Part shown: positions 20,667 through 32,526 of the stretch, piece by piece | Numbering within the stretch: the stretch's first letter is position 1 | Layout: each line of letters begins with the position of its first letter | Origin: an uncultured Gemmatimonadales bacterium | Lineage (GTDB): Bacteria > Gemmatimonadota > Gemmatimonadetes > Longimicrobiales > RSA9 | Assembly (NCBI GenBank): GCA_963798085.1 | Contig: CAWCRS010000007.1 | Coordinates: 960,001-1,024,000 of the forward strand | Reading direction: 5' to 3' | Length of the DNA: 64,000 bases | The notes under the pieces: generated by a model | What the model was told of the DNA's origin: nothing | Seen by the model: the letters and a program-made list of their open reading frames with translations, nothing else | The model's database searches: none | Program-made: the position numbers and the translations under genes

Positions 20667-21362
20667 TCAGGCGCCGGACGTGCCTTCCAGTTCGCCGGCC
20701 GGCGGCGCGTCGTGCGCTTGCGCCGGCCGTGCAGCGCCGTGTGCCAAGTGACGGGCCGCACGCCAGCGGCGCAACCCTGCAACTGTAATCGGCATAAGCA
20801 ACACCGGGCTGAAGAGCAGCGCCTCGACGATGGCGACTCCGAGGGCGTGAAAGCTGAAGAGGGTGTGGAAGAAAACCGTGGCGGTGGGCCCGAACTGCAA
20901 ATCGACGAAATGAATGAGCCAGGCGGGGAGCGGCAGCGTGGTGGCGACGTAGACGTTGCTCACGGGCCACCAGAGGCGCATGCCCGAATTGCCGATCATG
21001 TCCGGCGACAGCAGATCCAGCACGATGTGCGAGAACCAGACGGCCAGCGTGAAGAGGTACCAGAACCCGAACGAGCGTTCGTCGCCTGCCATCCGTGGCT
21101 GGTCACGGGACCGCGCGCGAAACACCAGGGTGATCACGAGTGCCAGCGGCAACGAAAACAGGAGCGCGCCAGCCAGCGAATGCGTGGGACCGCGATGGTA
21201 ACGGCCGGCGTCACCCACGAAGATGCCGGGAATGAAGTCGAGGTCGGGCAGCCAGGAGATCGCGATGGCCAGCGCGGTCAGGCGCCAGCGCTCAGTCCTG
21301 CTCGACCGGATCGTGGCCGCCACGGCATACCCGGCAACGCCGTGAGCCAGAGGTGTTGGCAT
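20667..21362 (-). CDS. Membrane-bound metal-dependent hydrolase (YdjM/DUF457-like)
   Basis: AH...LPDLD...HRGPTHS...SHIVLD...G..L.WP motif set. Confidence 0.8.
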   Translation of the reverse strand: MPTPLAHGVAGYAVAATIRSSRTERWRLTALAIAISWLPDLDFIPGIFVGDAGRYHRGPTHSLAGALLFSLPLALVITLVFRARSRDQPRMAGDERSFGFWYLFTLAVWFSHIVLDLLSPDMIGNSGMRLWWPVSNVYVATTLPLPAWLIHFVDLQFGPTATVFFHTLFSFHALGVAIVEALLFSPVLLMPITVAGLRRWRAARHLAHGAARPAQAHDAPPAGELEGTSGA

Positions 21363-21429
21363 TCTGTTCTGCTGCCTTTCAGGTGGTCCAGTATAACCCG
21401 ATGGCCGGTCTCCGATCCGCAGAAAGCAG

Positions 21430-21466
21430 GACACCCCGTGTCCGGGCAAGCCGGGCACGGGGTGTC
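21430..21466 (-). terminator. 16-bp hairpin downstream of the RND operon
   Basis: GACACCCCGTGTCCGG-GCAAG-CCGGGCACGGGGTGTC (one mismatch), followed on the minus strand by CTGCTTTCT. Confidence 0.6.
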
Positions 21467-21489
21467 GCTGGCGACCGGAAGTCGCGCGC

Positions 21490-24400
21490 TCAGTAGGCTG
21501 GCGCAGCGCCCACCACCGACGGTGCTGCCGTGACGGGCTGCATGGCCGCCACGCGCTTACGCTCCGCGCGCCGCTCGAGCATCAGGTACAGCGCCGGCGT
21601 GACGGTGAGCACCAGCAGTCGTGGAGCTGGAGAGGCCGCCCACCAGTGCGTACGTCAGCGCGTTCCAGATGTTCTGGTTCACGTCCTTGCTGAACAGCAC
21701 CAGTGGCAGCAGACCGAGAATCGTCGTCATGGTCGTCATCAGAATCGGGCGCACGCGTTCGATGGTGCCGCGGATCAGACGTCCTGCAGCGAGAGATCCT
21801 TCACGGCGGCGCAGCTGGTTCACGTGATCGACGAGCAGAATCGAGTTGTTGACCACGATACCCGACATCATGATGACGCCAACGTACGCCTCGCGCGTGA
21901 AGTTGGCGCCCGTGTAGAAGAAGATCAGGAAGACGCCGATCAGCGCCATGGGCACGGTGAGCAGCACGCAGAACGGCTGCTTGATGGATTCGAACAGCGC
22001 AGCGGTCACCATGAAGATCAGCACGATGGCGATCGCAATGACGCCCCAGATCTGCGCCCGCTCCTCGGTGGACCAGGTCCACAGCTGCCGGTCCTTGATG
22101 GTGTAGCCGGGTGGCAGTGCCGTGGCTTTCACCACCGCGTCCTTGACGCGATCGCCGAGTTTGGTTGGCCCGCGGAACTCGTAGCTCACAATGCGCTGGT
22201 ACTGCTGGTTCTCACGGATCACCTGATTCAGCACCTGGCGCTCGTGGATGTCGCGACGTCGCTCAGGCGCACACCTTCGCGCGCGGTGCGCTGTCGGGCA
22301 GCAGCAGGTCCTTCAGCCTGATCCACATCGATGTTGCGACTGCCCGACAGCTTCACCGACAGCTGCATCTCCTCGCCGCCGACGCGAACCTGGCTGTTCT
22401 GATTGCGCCCGCGGATGGCGGCGGCGACGTAGGCTACGATGTCGCGCGATGTGAGATCGTGCAGCGCCAGCCGCTTGCGATCGATGTCGACGACGATCTC
22501 CGTCGACCTTGTCGCGCTGGAAGAAATGGCCCGCAGAGTTGGTGTCGACATCGCGTATGCGTGAGAAGCGCTTGAGGCGCTCGCCAATGTCCTCCGCAAT
22601 CTTGCGCACCTCCTCGTAGTTGTAGCCCAGCATCGTCATCGCATAGTTGGGCGACGATCCGCCGCCGCCGCCGTAGAAGGACGGACCATAGCCGGTCACG
22701 CGCACATCCGTGCCGCCGAACAGCAGACTGTACTGCACCATCTGCTCCTTGATGGCCGGTGGCATGGCGGAGTACTGCAGTGAGTCAGGGAAGTAGACGT
22801 TGATGAGACCGACGGCGGCCTGGATCTGGCTGAAACGAAGTGATCCACTTCCGGCATGGCGTTCAGCCGGTCCTCGAAGAAGCGCGCCAGCTGGTCGGTG
22901 TCGCTCCAGCTCTTCGCCGCGCGGCTGCGAGATGTAGATCGTGATCCTGTCCTTCTGGTCGCCGAAACCGCCGCCCCAGCGGATGCCGCGGCTCACGTAC
23001 TTGTTGAACAGGTAATAGGACCCACCCAGCGCCATGCAGGCCAGCAGCACCGCCACCCATGGCCGCCGCAGCGACGCGCGGATCAGGCCGGCATAGAGAC
23101 GCACCACGAACACGCGACGCAGTGCGGGCGGGATGGCGGTGAGATGTGCGGGCGCCGGCACCGCATGGTCGGCATCAGTCGCCGCCGCAATCGGCTTGAT
23201 GCCCCCCAGCAGCCGTGCGCCCAGCGAGGGAATGAAGGAGAACGAGACCGCCATGCTCGCCACCAGCGCAATGCCCACTACGAGCGCCAGCGGCACGTAG
23301 TAGACGCGCAGCTCGCCCTGCAGATAAACGAAGGGAATGAGCGCCACCACCGTCGTGCCCGTGGACGCCAGGATCGCGAGCCACACCTCCGATGCGCCAC
23401 GCGTGGCCGCTTCCATCGCGGAATCGCCCGCGCGTCGTCGGCGGTACGTGTTCTCGTACACGACGATGGCGTTGTCCACCACCAGTCCGAAGCCCATGGC
23501 CAGTCCCATGAGCGTGAGCAGGTTCAGCGTGAACCCCGCGAAGTACATCACGTTCACTGTGATGAGGACGGAGAACGCGACGGTCGCGAATACCACGACG
23601 GCCGAGCGCACGGAGCGCATGAACAGCAGCAGCACCACGAGCACGATGGCGGCGGAGACCAGCGAGCGTGTGCGCAGGTCGGTGAGCTGCTTGCGAATGT
23701 CCTTGCTCTGGTCCGCATCGAGGAGGACCTTCACGCCGGATGGGTGCGAATGCTCCAGCTCGGCCAGCCGCTGTTTCACCCGGTCCGCGGTGGCCACGGC
23801 ATTGGAGCGCGGTGCGCGGTAGATCTCGAAAGCGACCGCGGGGAAGCCGTTGATCCGGTAATAGAAGAGAGGGTCCTCATAGGTCTCGAACACCCGACCC
23901 ACATCCTCGACACGCACCACGCGCCCATGGTCGACCATCACCGGCAGATGGCGGATGTCGTCCGCGGTTTCCGCGCGCTGCCGCATGGCCACCGTGCGCA
24001 GCAGGCCGCCTTCCGCGTGCACCGCGCCGGCCTCCTCGACGATCTCCATGCTGCTTACCCGATCCGACACCACCTGCGGCAACAGGCCGAGCGAGCGGAT
24101 CTTGTCTTCGCTCAGCTCGATCTCCAGAACGCGGTCGCGGCCGCCCTGTGCCACCATGTCGCCCACGCCCTCGATCTGGCGCAGCTGCGGGTCCAGTTCG
24201 TCCTCCACGTACTGGCGCAGATACTCCTGTGTGTAAGGGCCTGTCAGTGTGTAGCGCAGCAGCGGCTGGCGGGATTCCTGGAACTGGTCCGGCACGTAGG
24301 GCGTCACGCTGGTGCTGACGCCCGCGGGCAGCTTGCTCTTGAGGTTGGCAATGCGCTCGGACAGCTCCAGCCGCGCGAACTGCATGTCGGTCTCGAGGGC

Positions 24401-24680
24401 GAACTCGACCGCCACACTGGTCGTGTTCTCCTTCGACGTCGACGTCACCTTCTCCACGCCCCGCACCTGCTGCACTTCTTCCTCGATGGGCGACGCGACG
24501 AATGCCTCCATCACCTCGGGCGAAGCACCGATCCAGTTCGCGGTGATGCTGAGCCGGGGCAGATCGGTGTCGGGCAGCAGCTCGATGGGGATGTTGCGCC
24601 ACGGATGCGACTCCCAGCGCGGCAATGACCAGGTACGCCATGGTCACCGCGACCGGACGGCCGATGGCTAGGCGGATCAT
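21490..24680 (-). CDS. RND efflux permease subunit 2 (AcrB family), multiple frameshifts
   Basis: RPVAV..., GLVVDNAIVVYEN, ALFES...PF, GIVVNN, RVRPILMT. Frame switches near 24603, 22900/22835, 22508, 22315, 22250 and 21620. Reconstructed C-terminus LLVLTVTPALY...APAY*. Confidence 0.85.
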
Positions 24681-27600
24681 CAGTCCCCCGATGCAGGTTC
24701 AGGCATGCTCGCAGGTGCGCCGTGCTCGCGGCTGCGGGCCTCGGCCGCAACCGGGCGGCCGAGTCGCGCCGCGATCCAGACGCCGGCGTCATCGAACATC
24801 TCGTAGACCACCGGGATCACTACCAGTGTGAGCGCGGTGGAGGCGAAGAGGCCCCAGAAGATGGCCACCGCGAGAGGCGCCTGCAGGCCGGCTCCTGCGC
24901 CGATACCCAGCATCATGGGCGCGACACCGAGCATGGTGGTCACCGACGTCATCAGAATGGGTCGCAGACGCGCGTGGCCCGCAGCCATGATGGCCTGGCG
25001 CGTGTTCATGCCTTCGCGCCGCATCTGATTGATGAAGTCGATCTTGACGACGGCGTCGTTGTCCACGATCCCGGCCAGGATCACGATGCCGATCAGGCTG
25101 ACCGTGTTGAGGCCCGAGCCGTGCAGCCACAGCCCGAAGGTGGCGCCAATCAGCGAGAGCGGCACGCACAGCAGAATCGTGAACGGGTGCAGGAACGACT
25201 CGAATTCCGCGGCCAGGATCATGTAGCACAGCAGCACGGCAAGGCTCAAGGCGAAGGCGAGGTCGCGGAAGCTCTGCCGCATCTCCTCGTTCTCGCCGGC
25301 GATCTCAATGCGCAGGCCGCGGGGCGGCGTCACATCGGAAAGCGAGGCGCGCACGGCGCGCACTGCCTGGTCCACATCACCCGTGCTGACATCCGCGTAG
25401 ACAGGCACGACACGACTCTGATCGACGCGCTCGATCTCTACCGGGCCCACGGACTCGCGCACATTGATCAGCTCGCGCAAGGGCACCGTGCCCACACGCA
25501 GCGTGTTCAGTGTCTCCAGCGAGCGGCGCTCCTCTTCGGGCAGGCGCACCACCACGTCGATCTTGCGGTCGAAGTCGGTGAAGCGTGTGGCGATCTTGCC
25601 CAGCATGCTGTTCTCGATCACCGTCTTCACCTGGTCCGCCGTCAGACCGAAGGCAGCCGCGCGGTCGCGGTCCACTTCGATCAGGTATTCCGGCTGACCC
25701 AGCTCCGTGCCGATGCGCACGTTGTTGATCTCGGGCACGCGCGCGAGCCTGCCCTGGATGGACTCGGCGTAGGTGAGCGCCGCACCCATGTCATCGCCCC
25801 GCACGCGCACCGCCAGATCGGACTGTCCGGCGCCCAGCAGTTTGCCCACCGCGGTGGCCTGCCCGGTCTCGACCGACACGGTTGCGCCCGGTACCCTGAG
25901 GTGCGGGCGCAGCCTCGCCACGACAGGCCGCGCACTGGTGTGACTCTTCGTGCGCACGTCGAGCGTCGCCGTATTGAGTCCGGTCTCTTCCTCCTCCACA
26001 CCCGCGATCGCCGTCTGTTTGCCGGCGCGCATGAATACGGCGTCCACGCCGGGATCGGCGCGCAGCAGGCTGTCCAGTCGCGATGGCTCCCGCCACCGTC
26101 AGGTCCAGCGGCGCGCCGCGCGGCAACTCGAGACGCACGCGGAATTCGCCCTGATCCACCTCCGGCAGCACGGAGCGCGGCAGGCGCAGCGCCAGCGGTA
26201 TGGTGAGAACGAGCGCGAGCGCGGAAAGGCCGATCGTGATCACGCGATGGAGCAGCGCCCACTCGAGTGCGTGTTCGTACGCAGCGGTAAAGCGCCCGAA
26301 GATGCGCTCGAACCAGTCGAGCATGGGTGTGAACATGGCGCTCACGGCGCGGCCGAATGCGCCCGGCGGCTTGTGTTCCCCGGCTGCGGCCGCGGCCAGC
26401 ACGGGCAGCAGCGTCACCGCCACACCAAGGCTGGCCAGCAGCGAGAAAGCCACGGCGAAGGAGAGCGCCGCGAACAGCTGTCCCGCCACGCCGTGCACGT
26501 ACACGATCGGCCCGAACACGGCAATGGTCGTCAGTGTGGAAGCCGTGATCGCACGTTGCACCTCCTCCGATCCGATCACGGCGGCCGCCTTCGCGGCCAG
26601 TCCCTTCTCGCGGTGCCGGAATATGTTCTCCAGCACCACAATGGAGTTGTCCACGAGCATGCCGGTGCCCAGAGCCAGCCCGCCCAGGCTCATGATGTTG
26701 AGCGACACGTGCGCGGCATCCAGCAGCGCGAATGTGACCACCACCGAGATGGGGATCGCCATCGAAATGGCGATGGGATAACGCGCATCGCGGAGGAAGA
26801 AGAAGAGCACGAGGAAGGAGAGCAGCCCGCCCAGCCACAGTTCCTGAATGAGATTCGAAATGGACATGTTGATGAAGCCGGCCTGGCTCATCGCCACGTC
26901 CACCGTGACGTTCGGATACTCCGACTTCAGCTCCTTGATGATCTTGTCGACATCGCGCGCCACGTTCACGGTATTGGCGCCGGACTCCTTGAAGACGAGC
27001 AGCCCGATGGCGGGCTTGCCGTTGTAGCGTGCTTCCGACTCGCGGTCGCGGAAGGCGTCCTGCACGGTGGCCACGTCGCCGACCACCACGCGGCCCGTGC
27101 CTGAACTGTCACTCGGCGGGCGTTGCGCGACGACGATGTTCGAGATCTGATCGACGCTCTGCAACTCGCCCAGCGTGCGCAGCGAATACTGGAATTGACC
27201 CTTGCGCACGCGTCCGCTGCCGCCGGCCGTGTTGGCTGCCGAGAGCGCATTCGAGAGCTGGTCGATGTTCAGGCCATAACTCTGGAGTTTGCGCTCGTCC
27301 ACATCGACGTGGATCTCGCGCTCGAGTCCGCCCGACAGTGCCGCCTGCGCCACGCCGTCGATCTGCTCGAGGCGCCGGCGGAACACATCATCGGACAGCT
27401 GCTGCAGTGTCCACAGATCGAAATCCGCGGACACGCTGAGCGCCATGATGGGCTCGCTGCGCGGGTCCTGGCGCAGCACCACGGGCCGGTCGGCCAGCTG
27501 CGGCAGGTGGTCGCGGATGGCATTCCGTCTTCTCGCGGACATTGAGCGCCGCGAAGTCCATGTCCGTGCCCCACGCGAAGCGGATGAAGACCAGCGATGT

Positions 27601-27861
27601 GCCTTCGCGGGACACGCTCTCCACGCGCTCCACGCCGGGCACACGACTGACCTGCGCCTCGAGGGGCTCCGTGACGAAGTGCTCGACCTCTGCCGGGCCG
27701 ACATTGGGATAGTTCGTGTAGACCACGAGCCGCGGATAGGCAATGTCGGGCAGCAGGTCTACCGGCAGACGCAGGAACGACAGTACGCCCAGGAACACCA
27801 CCGCGATGCTGAGCATCCACGTGGCGACGGGCCGACTGATGGCAAGCTTCGGTATCGACAT
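24680..27861 (-). CDS. RND efflux permease subunit 1 (AcrB family), frameshifts near 27522 and 26085
   Basis: RPVATWM, LPVDLLP, GMLVDNSIVVLEN, AAEFESFLHP, RLRPILMT. Confidence 0.88.
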
Positions 27862-27864
27862 GGC

Positions 27865-29238
27865 TCAGTGCGCCAGCGGCGCGCCCAGGCGCTCCTCGAG
27901 GTTTACCCGCTGCGTAAGGAAGTTGAACCGCGCGATCACGGCCTGCTGCTGCGCATTCGCGTTTTCGTCCACCACCTGCTGCAGCTGGATGAACCCCATG
28001 TCCTGCGCGCCATTCCTGTAGCGCTCCTCGGCCAGCTCCAGGCGCTGCCCGGTCAGGCGCGCGATTTCCTCGTTCGCCGTCAAACCGCGGTACGCATCGA
28101 TCAGGTCGAGCAGAGCGGAGCGGACATCCGTCTCCACCTGTATGCGTGCGCTGCGCAGATCCTGCGCGGCATCCTCCTCGGCTGCCGCTGCCTGTGCAAT
28201 GCTGGCCGAAGTCTGGAAGCGTGTGAACAGCGGAAAGCTCACGTTCATGTTGAAACCGAAGCTGTGGTTCTGCGGATTGAGTTCACCCCACGCACCGTAC
28301 CCGCGCTCGGACGCGCTGCGACCGTAACTGACGCCGCCGCTGATGGTCGGCAGGCGAGCGCCCCGGGCACCCGATGCCTGCGCCTTCGTGGCCGCGTAGG
28401 CGGCCTGGCGCTGCAGTATGGTCGGGCTGGAACTCAATGCCTGCGCCACCAGCGCATCCGCGTTGAGCGTCGCGGACGGGTCGAATGCTTCCGGCAGGTC
28501 TCCGGTCAGCTCGAAGTCAGGACTGCCTGCGATGCCCAGCTGCTGCGCCAGCGACAGCTTCTGCTTGCGAGCGTCCTTCTCGAAGCCCGCCAGCTGCCGT
28601 TCTTCCCGTATAACACTCTGCTGCGCCCCCAGAAGATCGACCTGCGTCGAACTCGCGAGGCGAAAGCTCTGCTGCAGGCGGTCCAGCCGGTCACGGGCCG
28701 CGGCCAGCGTGCGGCGTTCCACTTCCTCCGTCCTCTCGGCCTGCGCGGCGAGGAAATACTGCCGTGCCACGCGCGCATCCAGAGACACCAGCTGGGAATG
28801 GACCGTCGCATCCACGGATCTCGCCTGGGCGCGGGAGGCGGCCATATCCCGGAACATCCGACCGCCATCGAACAGCGTAAAGTTCATGTTAGCGCCCTGC
28901 GACGCACCGCTGCTCTTCGTGGTAACGGCAACCGGCTGGCTGAGTGGTTGACCGAAGGGATCCACCGCCGTGTACGTCGTGCTGGACACGCCGTTGAAAC
29001 CCAGAGAGGTGTTGACGTTCGGCAGCAAGGCCGCCCAGCTGCGCCGCACCTGCGCGGCCGCCACGTCGGGATCATTCTGCACCTTGATGTAGTCCGGGTT
29101 GTTCTCGCGCGCGATGCGCAGCGCGTCGTCCAGCGTGAGCGTGCCCGGCATCTGCGCCGTCGTCGTCATCTTCTGCGCCTGCGCGAACGAGGCGATGGAC
29201 AGCAGCAGCGCGGCGACCAGAGAAACGCGGGTCTTCAT
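27865..29238 (-). CDS. TolC-family outer membrane efflux protein
   Basis: Signal peptide; LTLDDAL..A.ENNP; two OEP repeats (LLPNV / RLPTI; LFDGG / PLF); AEERYRNG. Confidence 0.9.
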   Translation of the reverse strand: MKTRVSLVAALLLSIASFAQAQKMTTTAQMPGTLTLDDALRIARENNPDYIKVQNDPDVAAAQVRRSWAALLPNVNTSLGFNGVSSTTYTAVDPFGQPLSQPVAVTTKSSGASQGANMNFTLFDGGRMFRDMAASRAQARSVDATVHSQLVSLDARVARQYFLAAQAERTEEVERRTLAAARDRLDRLQQSFRLASSTQVDLLGAQQSVIREERQLAGFEKDARKQKLSLAQQLGIAGSPDFELTGDLPEAFDPSATLNADALVAQALSSSPTILQRQAAYAATKAQASGARGARLPTISGGVSYGRSASERGYGAWGELNPQNHSFGFNMNVSFPLFTRFQTSASIAQAAAAEEDAAQDLRSARIQVETDVRSALLDLIDAYRGLTANEEIARLTGQRLELAEERYRNGAQDMGFIQLQQVVDENANAQQQAVIARFNFLTQRVNLEERLGAPLAH

Positions 29239-29255
29239 CGGGGGCCTCCTTCCGC

Positions 29256-30452
29256 TCAGCGGGGCCGGCCGCCCTGAGCGGCCGCGTTTTCCGTCAGACG
29301 AATGCGGGCGCCATGCGTGAGCGTGTAGTGCCCGCTCACCAGCACGACCTCACCCGGCTCCACCATCTTGGTCTCGGGATTGGGCACGATCTCGACGTAC
29401 TGCGAGTTGCGCTGGCCCGTGGTCACGTAGCGCCACTCCGCCGTGCCTTCCGTCCCCTCGCCGTTGAACACGAAGAGCATGGTGCGGCGATCGACGTCGC
29501 GCTCCAGCACCGCCGAGATGGGCACCAGGATGCGATCCGAAAGGTGGCGCGCGTCCAGCGTGACGTTGGCGTACATGCCCGGCAGTACGCGCCCATCCTT
29601 GTTGGGCACGACGACGGTGACTTTCGCCTGACGCGTCGTCTGGTCCACCAGGGGATTGATCGTCTCGATCCTGCCGCGGAAGGTCTCGCCCGGAAACGCC
29701 GCAAACGTCAGCGTCGCGCCGCCGCCCGTGCGCAGCGAACCGATCTCGCTCTCCAGCACCTGCACTTCCACCTTGATCGGGTCGAGATCGAGGACCGTCA
29801 GCAGCTCCTCGCCCACACTCACCATCTGCGCCGGCACCACCTTCACGCTGGCCACGCGACCTGCGAACGGCGCTGTTATCACCGTGCGATCCAGGTCCAG
29901 CTGCGCCCGCTTGACCGCGACCTCTGCGCCGTCAATGCCCGCCTTGATGCGTGCCGCGCGCTCGCGGTCCGCCTTCACCTGCGGGTCCGCAATCTTGTCA
30001 TCGCCCAGCGTGATCTCGCGGAATTGCGCCTGGGCCTGAGCCAGCCGCGCATTCGCGTCGTCCAGTGCCAGCTGCTTTTCCGTGGTGTCAATGCGCACCA
30101 GCAACGCGCCGCCGCCAATCGCCGCGTTCTCGCGCACCGCCACCTCGTCCACACGCCCTGCCGTCTGCGCGCGAATCACGTTGCCCTGCCAGGCCGCTGC
30201 CTGACCGGATGCGCGCACCTCCAGGATCAGGTCGCCCTTGATGACCTGGGCACCTTCCACGGGAATGGGCAGATCCGTCGAGAACGTGGAGTCTGCCGAG
30301 TTCGCCGGCGCGGCTCCCTTGCTCGGTGAACTGGCGGACGAGGTCGCGCCCGCCGCCTTGTTGCCTTTGACTCGGAGGTAGATGCCGGTCCCGGCCGCCG
30401 CCAGGATGACGATGACAATGCCGCCAGTCAGGAATTTCCGGGGTGAGCTCAT
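29256..30452 (-). CDS. RND efflux periplasmic adaptor (membrane fusion protein)
   Basis: N-terminal TM; ITAPFAGRV; INP.VD..TR; L.PGMYA; first gene of the efflux operon. Confidence 0.92.
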   Translation of the reverse strand: MSSPRKFLTGGIVIVILAAAGTGIYLRVKGNKAAGATSSASSPSKGAAPANSADSTFSTDLPIPVEGAQVIKGDLILEVRASGQAAAWQGNVIRAQTAGRVDEVAVRENAAIGGGALLVRIDTTEKQLALDDANARLAQAQAQFREITLGDDKIADPQVKADRERAARIKAGIDGAEVAVKRAQLDLDRTVITAPFAGRVASVKVVPAQMVSVGEELLTVLDLDPIKVEVQVLESEIGSLRTGGGATLTFAAFPGETFRGRIETINPLVDQTTRQAKVTVVVPNKDGRVLPGMYANVTLDARHLSDRILVPISAVLERDVDRRTMLFVFNGEGTEGTAEWRYVTTGQRNSQYVEIVPNPETKMVEPGEVVLVSGHYTLTHGARIRLTENAAAQGGRPR

Positions 30453-30883
30453 TCGGCAATCCGGGCTGAGGTTGAACGGGCCGGGCCACCCTCACCGGTC
30501 CGCTGGACCGGGCGGCCTCGCCTGTTGCCGGGGTCGGTCATACGATCCCATTGCAACAGGCAGGGTTGCTCATGGCGAGCACGCAGTTCCGTGCAGGATG
30601 TCATGGGTAGTCGAGCCTTCGCCACGATTCGACTAAGATGCTAATAGTCTGGCCTCGCGGAAAGTACGAAATGGGCCAGCCACCTGCTTCAACGGGCCGC
30701 GCCGGGCATTCATCAGAGAGTCTGTTGTCGCGCCGAGCGTGAGACAGTACTGGATTTCCAGTCGTTGCGTTCCCTCGCCGGTGCGAGCGGGATCGGAAGT
30801 GGGATCGTGCGAGATCATACCGCCGTGACCCGGCGGGCGAGGTGGAGCCCGGCCGGGCGCCGGGCTCCACGACATGCGCTGCC

Positions 30884-32143
30884 TTACTTCCAGTTCGCCG
30901 GAAGCCGGCGCACCACCACCTGCTCCACATCCAGATCGGTCTTCTCGACCCACGCCGCCAGTCCCGTGCTGCTGACAGCCATCGGGATGGCGGTTCCGGT
31001 GACCGTGCCGATGTAGCGGCCATCGCTGGCAATGAGGTCAATGGGCGACGTGTCGCGCACGTGTCCGGGATTGCGCTCGACCCAGATGCGCCCGGTCGCA
31101 TCGACGGTGATGCGCCTGATGGCGGGAATCCGATCGGCGAACGTCATCTGCTTCACCTGCTCCTCGATCTCCGCCTCCGTCATCGTGCGCCCCGTGCTGC
31201 TGCCGCCGAAGGCGACGGTGCTGCCCCGGCCGCCCGAGACGACGGTCGTCGTGGGTCCGCCACTCGTACGCAGCTGCTCGCGCTGCTGGTCGCGCGCATC
31301 ATCCTGGTCGCGACGCGTGACATTGCGAGCCGCGAACGGGCGTGTCAGCAGCCGCTGCACGGACCCCGAGGCGTCGGTAATGCGGATGGACCAGTCATCA
31401 TCCTGGCGAACGGCGAGGCCGCCGTCGGGCAGGACGCCCCAGGTGGGATCCACGTCGAAGGTCGCCCGCGAAAAGCCGACCATGCTGAATGTGGCGCCGC
31501 CCCGTCCCGGCGCCGTTCGCACCGTGGGCGGCGGCATCATGAACTGGTAGAGCCTGGTCGCCGCGGGCGTCTCATCGAGCGTCAGGCTCACAATCGGTGA
31601 AGCGACGGAGTCGGTGGGTGCGCCCGCCTGCAGATTGAGGCGGGGCATGGTGCGAACCACCAGGCCGCCCTGCGGCGAGGCAAAGATCTCGTCGGGCCGC
31701 GGTGAGCCCACGTCAGCTGCGGGCGTGATCAGCTTGCGATACTGACCGTCGGGTCCAAACACGCTGTATCCCCGCCGGCCCGCATCGTAGATGACGATCG
31801 ACCCGTCGCGCGCAATCCGGATGGCGAGCGGGAACTGGAATTCGCCGGGGCCGCCGCCTTCCTTGCCGATCTGTCGCAGGAACCTGCCGTTTGCATCGAA
31901 CTCCAGCACACGCTTGTTGCCCAGCTCGAGCACGTAGAGGTTGTCGTGGCTGTCGAAGGCCATTGAATTCACGGTGGACAGCATCTCCCACGTGTCGCCC
32001 TCTTCCTTGCCGACTTTCCAGACATCGGCCGGCTTCTCGTTGAGCGGTCGGTCGCGCGGCGGCAGCTCGACACGCTGCTGCGCCTGCGCAGTCAGCGGTG
32101 CGAGCAGTACCAGCGCGACGAGTGCTGCGCTGCCGAATTTCAT
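30884..32143 (-). CDS. Secreted 6-bladed beta-propeller (NHL-repeat-like) protein
   Basis: Signal peptide (AQA); FDANGRFLRQIGKEGGGPGEFQFP NHL-type repeat; VDATGRIWV. Confidence 0.8.
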   Translation of the reverse strand: MKFGSAALVALVLLAPLTAQAQQRVELPPRDRPLNEKPADVWKVGKEEGDTWEMLSTVNSMAFDSHDNLYVLELGNKRVLEFDANGRFLRQIGKEGGGPGEFQFPLAIRIARDGSIVIYDAGRRGYSVFGPDGQYRKLITPAADVGSPRPDEIFASPQGGLVVRTMPRLNLQAGAPTDSVASPIVSLTLDETPAATRLYQFMMPPPTVRTAPGRGGATFSMVGFSRATFDVDPTWGVLPDGGLAVRQDDDWSIRITDASGSVQRLLTRPFAARNVTRRDQDDARDQQREQLRTSGGPTTTVVSGGRGSTVAFGGSSTGRTMTEAEIEEQVKQMTFADRIPAIRRITVDATGRIWVERNPGHVRDTSPIDLIASDGRYIGTVTGTAIPMAVSSTGLAAWVEKTDLDVEQVVVRRLPANWK

Positions 32144-32526
32144 TTGCGAAGCCTCCGTTCCGGGTTGCACGTCGACGCGCCTGCAGGCTCGCGCCGGGGA
32201 TGGGGACGATGCTCTTGGATGCCGCCGCGGCGTGCGTCGTTGTCTGCTGCTGCGACGCTGTTATGGTGCAGCCTGTGCAACACTCTTGTGCTTCGCTATC
32301 CAAGTGCATAGCTATAACGCACTTGCATGTCTCCGTAACGCTGCATTGCGGCGCGGCGCGAAAGGAGGGCACGCAGCGAGCGCTCTGAACCACGCGCTCG
32401 GGGGGAGCAGGAGCCTACCGCAGGTCGAATTCACGCACGGGAGAAACGCGCGTCCCCACGGCGGGACCGAGCGCAGCGCTGATGCAGCGTACGGTGCTCG
32501 CCCGCGACTCGAACAGGAGAGACACG

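Noticed and set aside
21490..27861. Calling the RND, hypD, hypF and NrfD genes pseudogenes
   Set aside because: I saw only 1-2 bp indels, with conserved motifs and intact operons, which fits consensus errors better. This cannot be settled without reads.
30660..30725. CTGATGA on the minus strand suggesting a hammerhead ribozyme
   Set aside because: No correctly placed GAAA and no convincing stem II or stem III.
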